The notes under the pieces are model-generated. The model did no database searches and was not told where the DNA came from. It was given only the letters and a program-made list of their open reading frames with translations. DNA of 64,000 nucleotides, from assembly GCA_964632315.1 (NCBI GenBank), contig CAZWEM010000013.1:1-64000 (forward strand), read 5' to 3'. This stretch comes from an uncultured archaeon (GTDB lineage: Archaea > Asgardarchaeota > Lokiarchaeia > Sigyniarchaeales > SOKP01). Numbering within the stretch: the first letter of the stretch is position 1; every line of letters begins with the position of its first letter. Positions 59,646 to 64,000 of this stretch are shown piece after piece. The position numbers were made by a program, and so were the translations under genes.

Positions 59646-59840
59646 ATGGCAGAATTTTTGAAGCAATTGATGGAATTGGGAGAAGAATTTTTCGAAACCA
59701 TCAAACACAAGACTAAATTATCTACCTTTTTTGATATGTACACCGAAAAAGTTATTCCTACATTTGTTTCTGAGAAAGATTTAAAAGAGTATTACGAGAA
59801 GCGGATGGAGGATGTAAATAAACTTATTGATAAATTATAA
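59646..59840 (+). CDS. Small amphipathic helical protein
   Basis: 64-aa ORF 27 nt after the activase gene, GAGGT SD-like motif upstream. Confidence 0.55.
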   Translation: MAEFLKQLMELGEEFFETIKHKTKLSTFFDMYTEKVIPTFVSEKDLKEYYEKRMEDVNKLIDKL

Positions 59841-60184
59841 ACTAACTCAAAATTTACGATATAAAATACTGCACAAAAAGGACCAGAAGTTATGGGAATA
59901 GACAATATCTTTAATAGGGTTTTAATGGGAAACATTCTCTTTTTGGATTTAATTATGCAATAATAATCATACATTTTGGTTGGTTCCCGAACTTGTTAAA
60001 CTAATGAAGGATCTTAAAGAAAATTATTTTATTTAGTATCAGATTTTGACGATGTGAATAAATTCACCATTGAAAATTTAATTTTACTTATAACCATATG
60101 AAAAGCTTTCAAAGATAAATCTTTTATTAGATACTATCTCAAATTATAGTAAGACAAAAAGATTAATTTTAGATTTTAGATAAA

Positions 60185-61078
60185 GTGGAAGTTATGTCGA
60201 AAAAAGATGAGGAATTTCGTGATGTATTGGAGGGAATAAAGGAAGATAATACATTAAATTCAAAGATTTCGCTATTAATTAAGCTATTAGAGAAAATGAG
60301 TAATAATGTGGATAAAGCGGAAGCTTTTAGGGAATTATTGATAGCAATGCGGCAGGGAGATTTACTGAAGCGATATTTTTCGAAGGCTTTAAGTTTAGCG
60401 GAAGATATCAGATATGACGATGATTATTTCCGTACATTTGCTGATCTATTAGATGTGATTCATAACACGGAATTGTTAAAGAATAATTTTCAAGTCATTT
60501 TAAATACTGTAGAAAATATGGAAAACGATTATGATAGAATATATGCCTTTGCAGAAGTACTAAGAGTTATTCACGGATCTGAACTAATGAATAATTTCTA
60601 CCTTCGAATTGAGACAATATGTGCTAAAGTTGTAGACACACTAGAAAAAATTGATTTTCCATTTCAGATGCATACCGGAGGAGTAATCTATTATTATAGG
60701 GAGAGGGCTTGCAAAGTTTTATTAGAAGTAATAAAAGGCAGTAGACTTGAGGAAAAATTCGGCAGTCGAATTGAAAGGATATGTATGGTAAAGCTTCATC
60801 TGAAATATCAAGAATTCAAGAAAAAATTACCATTTACGACCTCACAAATTTATGAAGCCTATATTTTTAATAATGAAGAAAATTGTATTCACGAGTTTAA
60901 CCAATATGAGGATGATGTCTTCTTTGATGATGCTGGATCAGAAATGTATTTAAGCGGTAAAATGTTAATGAATTTTTTTATTCAACATCTCTCCGATGGC
61001 CATTATATTGAAGTTTATCTCGATTCTAATAAACTTGTTGGCCTACATCCCAATCATTTTCCTTTTCTATATGATTAA
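60185..61078 (+). CDS. Hypothetical helical-repeat protein
   Basis: About 37-aa repeats: D.AEAFRELL...DLLKRYF; DYFRTFADLL..I...ELLKNNF; DRIYAFAEVL..I...ELMNNF. Confidence 0.55.
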   Translation: MEVMSKKDEEFRDVLEGIKEDNTLNSKISLLIKLLEKMSNNVDKAEAFRELLIAMRQGDLLKRYFSKALSLAEDIRYDDDYFRTFADLLDVIHNTELLKNNFQVILNTVENMENDYDRIYAFAEVLRVIHGSELMNNFYLRIETICAKVVDTLEKIDFPFQMHTGGVIYYYRERACKVLLEVIKGSRLEEKFGSRIERICMVKLHLKYQEFKKKLPFTTSQIYEAYIFNNEENCIHEFNQYEDDVFFDDAGSEMYLSGKMLMNFFIQHLSDGHYIEVYLDSNKLVGLHPNHFPFLYD

Positions 61079-61404
61079 GGAATTTGATAATCTGTCCAAC
61101 TTGATAGACAATATAAGTTAAAAGGAGTCTGATAGTTAGGGGAGTACTTCCCGCTGACATAAAATGTATGTCTCTCTCTGGAGTGATAAAATTTGGTTCA
61201 TTTCTCACAATAACGATTAAACCTCTAAGTTTCAAATTAAATGTTAATCAAACTAAAATTATCTCTTTAAGGACTAATTAATTTTTTGTTTGTTAGTAAA
61301 TTAGTTAAATAAGCCACTCTTTTAATAAGGTATAAACCAATTGATTTAAAAAAAGCGAATATATAATATAAATAATCGAGATTAATATTTCAACACTGAT
61401 TATA

Positions 61405-61965
61405 ATGAGTAAAGACTCTAGTGATATTGTTTTCCAAGGTCGAACTGAGGCAATATTTAAAGTAATTGTTATTGGAGATCCCGCCGTGGGGAAAACTAGC
61501 TTACTTACCAAGTTTTCTACTAATAAGTTTGAGGAGCGTTACGTGGCAACGGTTGGGGTAAATATAGTTAAAGAACCAATCTCCTTAGAAACGCAGAACG
61601 TCACGGTGAACTTGATGTTTTGGGACGTTGCTGGACAACCCCAATTTTACATGCTTCATCGACCATATTTCAATGGAGCGGACGGTATGATTTTAGTATT
61701 TGATGTCACGCGTTCTAGCACGTTCAGTAATGTAAATAATTGGTATACTACAGCAGTCAAGTATGGATTAAGCCATATTCCTCGCATTTTAATAGGAAAT
61801 AAAATTGATCTTAACGATGAAAGAAAAATCATTCTACCAATGGCTGAACATTTAAGTGAAAAACTAAACGCTCCATATTTAGAGACTTCGGCATTAACTG
61901 GTGAGAACGTGAAATTCGTGTTCAATAAAATCGCGCAATTGGTATATGAGTCAAAAGCTTCATAA
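61405..61965 (+). CDS. Rab-like small GTPase
   Basis: GDPAVGKTS, TVGVN, WDVAGQ, GNKID, ETSAL. Confidence 0.9.
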   Translation: MSKDSSDIVFQGRTEAIFKVIVIGDPAVGKTSLLTKFSTNKFEERYVATVGVNIVKEPISLETQNVTVNLMFWDVAGQPQFYMLHRPYFNGADGMILVFDVTRSSTFSNVNNWYTTAVKYGLSHIPRILIGNKIDLNDERKIILPMAEHLSEKLNAPYLETSALTGENVKFVFNKIAQLVYESKAS

Positions 61966-62087
61966 ATTTCATTTTTCTCTCTAAATTTTTTCTGAATGAT
62001 TATTCAAAACACTTAAAAGAGAATCTTCTTTTGTTTGCATACTTATTTAATTTTATTCAATAGTAATTAAGACAATATGGTATTGAT

Positions 62088-62240
62088 ATGACAGAAATTA
62101 AATTACAAATAAATGACAAAGAAATTCGATTAAATGAAATAATGAGCACAGTTCTTACTAACATTAATATGGGCTTTATTAATGCATTAAATGACATTCC
62201 AGAGGAAAAAAAGAAGCTAACTCTCGAAATTTCTTTTTAA
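62088..62240 (+). CDS. Small 50-aa protein resembling the C-terminal domain of archaeal MobB (not in ORF track)
   Basis: Manual translation MTEIKLQINDKEIRLNEIMSTVLTNINMGFINALNDIPEEKKKLTLEISF. Confidence 0.5.
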   Translation: MTEIKLQINDKEIRLNEIMSTVLTNINMGFINALNDIPEEKKKLTLEISF

Positions 62241-62389
62241 ATCTCATTAATGCATTGAAAAAGAAGAAAATCTTTGTGTCTAATCCAACAACTTATAGAC
62301 TTTGTTGATGAAGATTTTTAGATTTTGATGATAAATTAAACAATTCTACGAGCTTTCTTCTCATTTTTACAATTAGACAAGGATTAGTA

Positions 62390-63016
62390 CTAATCTTTCA
62401 CATCTAACTTGTTTATCCAGAAAGTAATTCGTTCTTGCAAGTATTTATCAAAAGCAGTTGAATCTGGATCATTTTTATCAAAAGGATCAGAGAATGACTT
62501 AATGCTATTTAACCTGTTAATAACTTGAGATATCTCATAATTTATCCTGTGTCCTCCTGTAAATTCAAAAATCTCTTCCTTAATCTTTCCTAGCGGCTTT
62601 ACGAGAGTTTGTGGATCACTAATTGAACTTATTTGGTCCTTCAAATCGTTAAATTGCTTGATGATTCCTAATTTAACATCTGTAGCAACTTTTTCTCTTT
62701 TTATTGTTCCCAATTCTTTATCATCATCTTTAGAAATAGTCTTTACATTTTGTACAAGGTTTTGAATAAGCTCTAAGTCTTTTCGAAGTTGCCTTTGGCT
62801 TTCTATTACTGTGTTGAGTTGAGGCTTCATGCTTTTTATATCCAGGGTTGCTTGACTTAAATCATTAACCTTATCGGTAAGTTTGTTAAGTTTTAAATTA
62901 GTTTGACCCAACTTTGTAATTAAATCAAGTCCAAATTTTTCTAAAATTGAAGAAAATTGAGAAAGTTTTTCCTCAAGTTCTCTAAACTTGTCATCAATAT
63001 AGTTTTTATCCACCAT
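62390..63016 (-). CDS. Coiled-coil hypothetical protein
   Basis: Heptad-rich N-terminal half. The ORF track starts at 63085; ATG 63016 is more likely. Confidence 0.6.
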   Translation of the reverse strand: MVDKNYIDDKFRELEEKLSQFSSILEKFGLDLITKLGQTNLKLNKLTDKVNDLSQATLDIKSMKPQLNTVIESQRQLRKDLELIQNLVQNVKTISKDDDKELGTIKREKVATDVKLGIIKQFNDLKDQISSISDPQTLVKPLGKIKEEIFEFTGGHRINYEISQVINRLNSIKSFSDPFDKNDPDSTAFDKYLQERITFWINKLDVKD

Positions 63017-63181
63017 GCGAACTTTTTCACTTTTATTTTGTAAGATTACCTGAGAGAAAATTATAAACTGGGTGGAAAATAACAATTTTTTTATTATTCT
63101 TCTTTATTTATTAATATAATATTCAAATTTAAATTCAAGCTTTATTGAGAAAAGAAAGTAAGTACAAATCTTAACGATTGC

Positions 63182-64000
63182 GTGATTACAATTATACAAT
63201 ATTTAAACCTCTTAACTAAGGACGGAAAGAGTCTCATTTTTAGGAACTATGGGAGCTCGGACGTAGATAGAGATTTATTAGCTGGTTTTCTAAGTGCGTT
63301 TTCAGGGTTTATGAAAGAGATAAGTCAACAAGAGATAAGATCTACAGCTACAGACGAATTTAAATACTATTATACCATAATTGATGACATAATTATTGTC
63401 GTGTGTGCTGATTTGGATGATGACGATACAACAATTAATTCAAAAATCACCACCATAAAAAATAAATTCATAGAAAATTATGGTGAGATTATATCTGATG
63501 GGTCATGGGCAGGAAATCGCTCTGTTTTCAATTCTTTTGAGAAAGTAATCGATGATACCATTTTAGGTGCAATAAAAGTTTCAATCATCGGAATGGGTGG
63601 CGTAGGTAAAACAACTTTACTTCATCTAATTTGTGGAACTGATGTTGATCTAGAATATATTCCAACGATTAATGTCGACATCACGAATTATGATGGTTCA
63701 GAATTAGGGTTGAATCGTAGTATAGTTCTATGGGACTTTGCAGGCCAAGAAAATTTTCGATCCTTATGGAAAAGCCTTTTAGATTCTACGGATATTGCGT
63801 TATTGGTATTAGATTCAAGCTTCGAAAATGTTAATTCCAGTAAAGATATCATTGCCGATATATTGGATAAATATTATAAAGATGTTCTTGTAATCGGAAT
63901 AGCAAACAAACAAGATCTGCCTAATCGATTAACATCCGATTTCTGTGAAAAAATCATTGCAAAAGCAGACAGACACCCCCCTATTAAAGTTCATGGGATG
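63182..64000 (+). CDS. Longin domain-small GTPase (Arf/Rag-like) fusion; 3' truncated by the window edge (not in ORF track)
   Basis: Manual translation from GTG 63182: longin-like LLTKDGKSLIFRNYG...DLLAGFLSAFSGFMKEI, then KVSIIGMGGVGKTT, YIPTI, WDFAGQ, IANKQD. Confidence 0.85.
   Translation, partial: MITIIQYLNLLTKDGKSLIFRNYGSSDVDRDLLAGFLSAFSGFMKEISQQEIRSTATDEFKYYYTIIDDIIIVVCADLDDDDTTINSKITTIKNKFIENYGEIISDGSWAGNRSVFNSFEKVIDDTILGAIKVSIIGMGGVGKTTLLHLICGTDVDLEYIPTINVDITNYDGSELGLNRSIVLWDFAGQENFRSLWKSLLDSTDIALLVLDSSFENVNSSKDIIADILDKYYKDVLVIGIANKQDLPNRLTSDFCEKIIAKADRHPPIKVHGM

Noticed and set aside
61026-61235. 69-aa minus-strand ORF
   Set aside because: TTG start, overlaps the upstream gene end and has no recognisable motif; a decayed remnant cannot be excluded.
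1-64000. tRNA, rRNA, CRISPR array, IS element, selenocysteine read-through
   Set aside because: By eye, no GC-rich structured RNA block, regularly spaced repeats, transposase ORF or TGA-interrupted conserved gene was seen. tRNAscan-SE and Infernal runs would be needed to exclude small RNAs.

Overview
A gene-dense, strongly AT-rich archaeal chromosomal window. It most likely comes from an Asgard archaeon of the Lokiarchaeia/Promethearchaeota type; this is inferred from two Rab-like small GTPases, a longin-GTPase fusion, a degenerate GTPase, stand-alone 7TM proteins and archaeal housekeeping genes (Taw2/Trm5, THUMP methyltransferase, PUA/DUF1947). I found no rRNA, tRNA, CRISPR array or transposase. 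All family calls come from motif recognition by eye, not database searches. Main modules: (1) SF1 (Dna2/Upf1-like) helicase-mre11-rad50 operon with a non-canonical CX6C hook; (2) a cytoplasmic beta-sandwich protein resembling a mu-homology (adaptin) domain; (3) a GIFT/IFT52-like protein fused to RHH and HeH domains; (4) a sugar/amino-sugar catabolic cluster; (5) a corrinoid + homocysteine methyltransferase + non-pyrrolysine MttB operon (a folate-independent split methionine synthase); (6) a bacterial-type acyl-lipid cluster (HAD, tandem double PlsC, pseudo-PlsC) interrupted by an orphan toxin-type deaminase; (7) a three-gene DUF2229/reductase/activase set matching the architecture of bacterial plasmalogen synthase PlsA/PlsR and glycerol ester reductase. 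The best candidate for an undescribed system is (6)+(7): fatty-acyl ester lipid synthesis with ester-to-ether/plasmalogen reduction in an Asgard archaeon. This is a hypothesis that needs phylogenetic and lipidomic testing.
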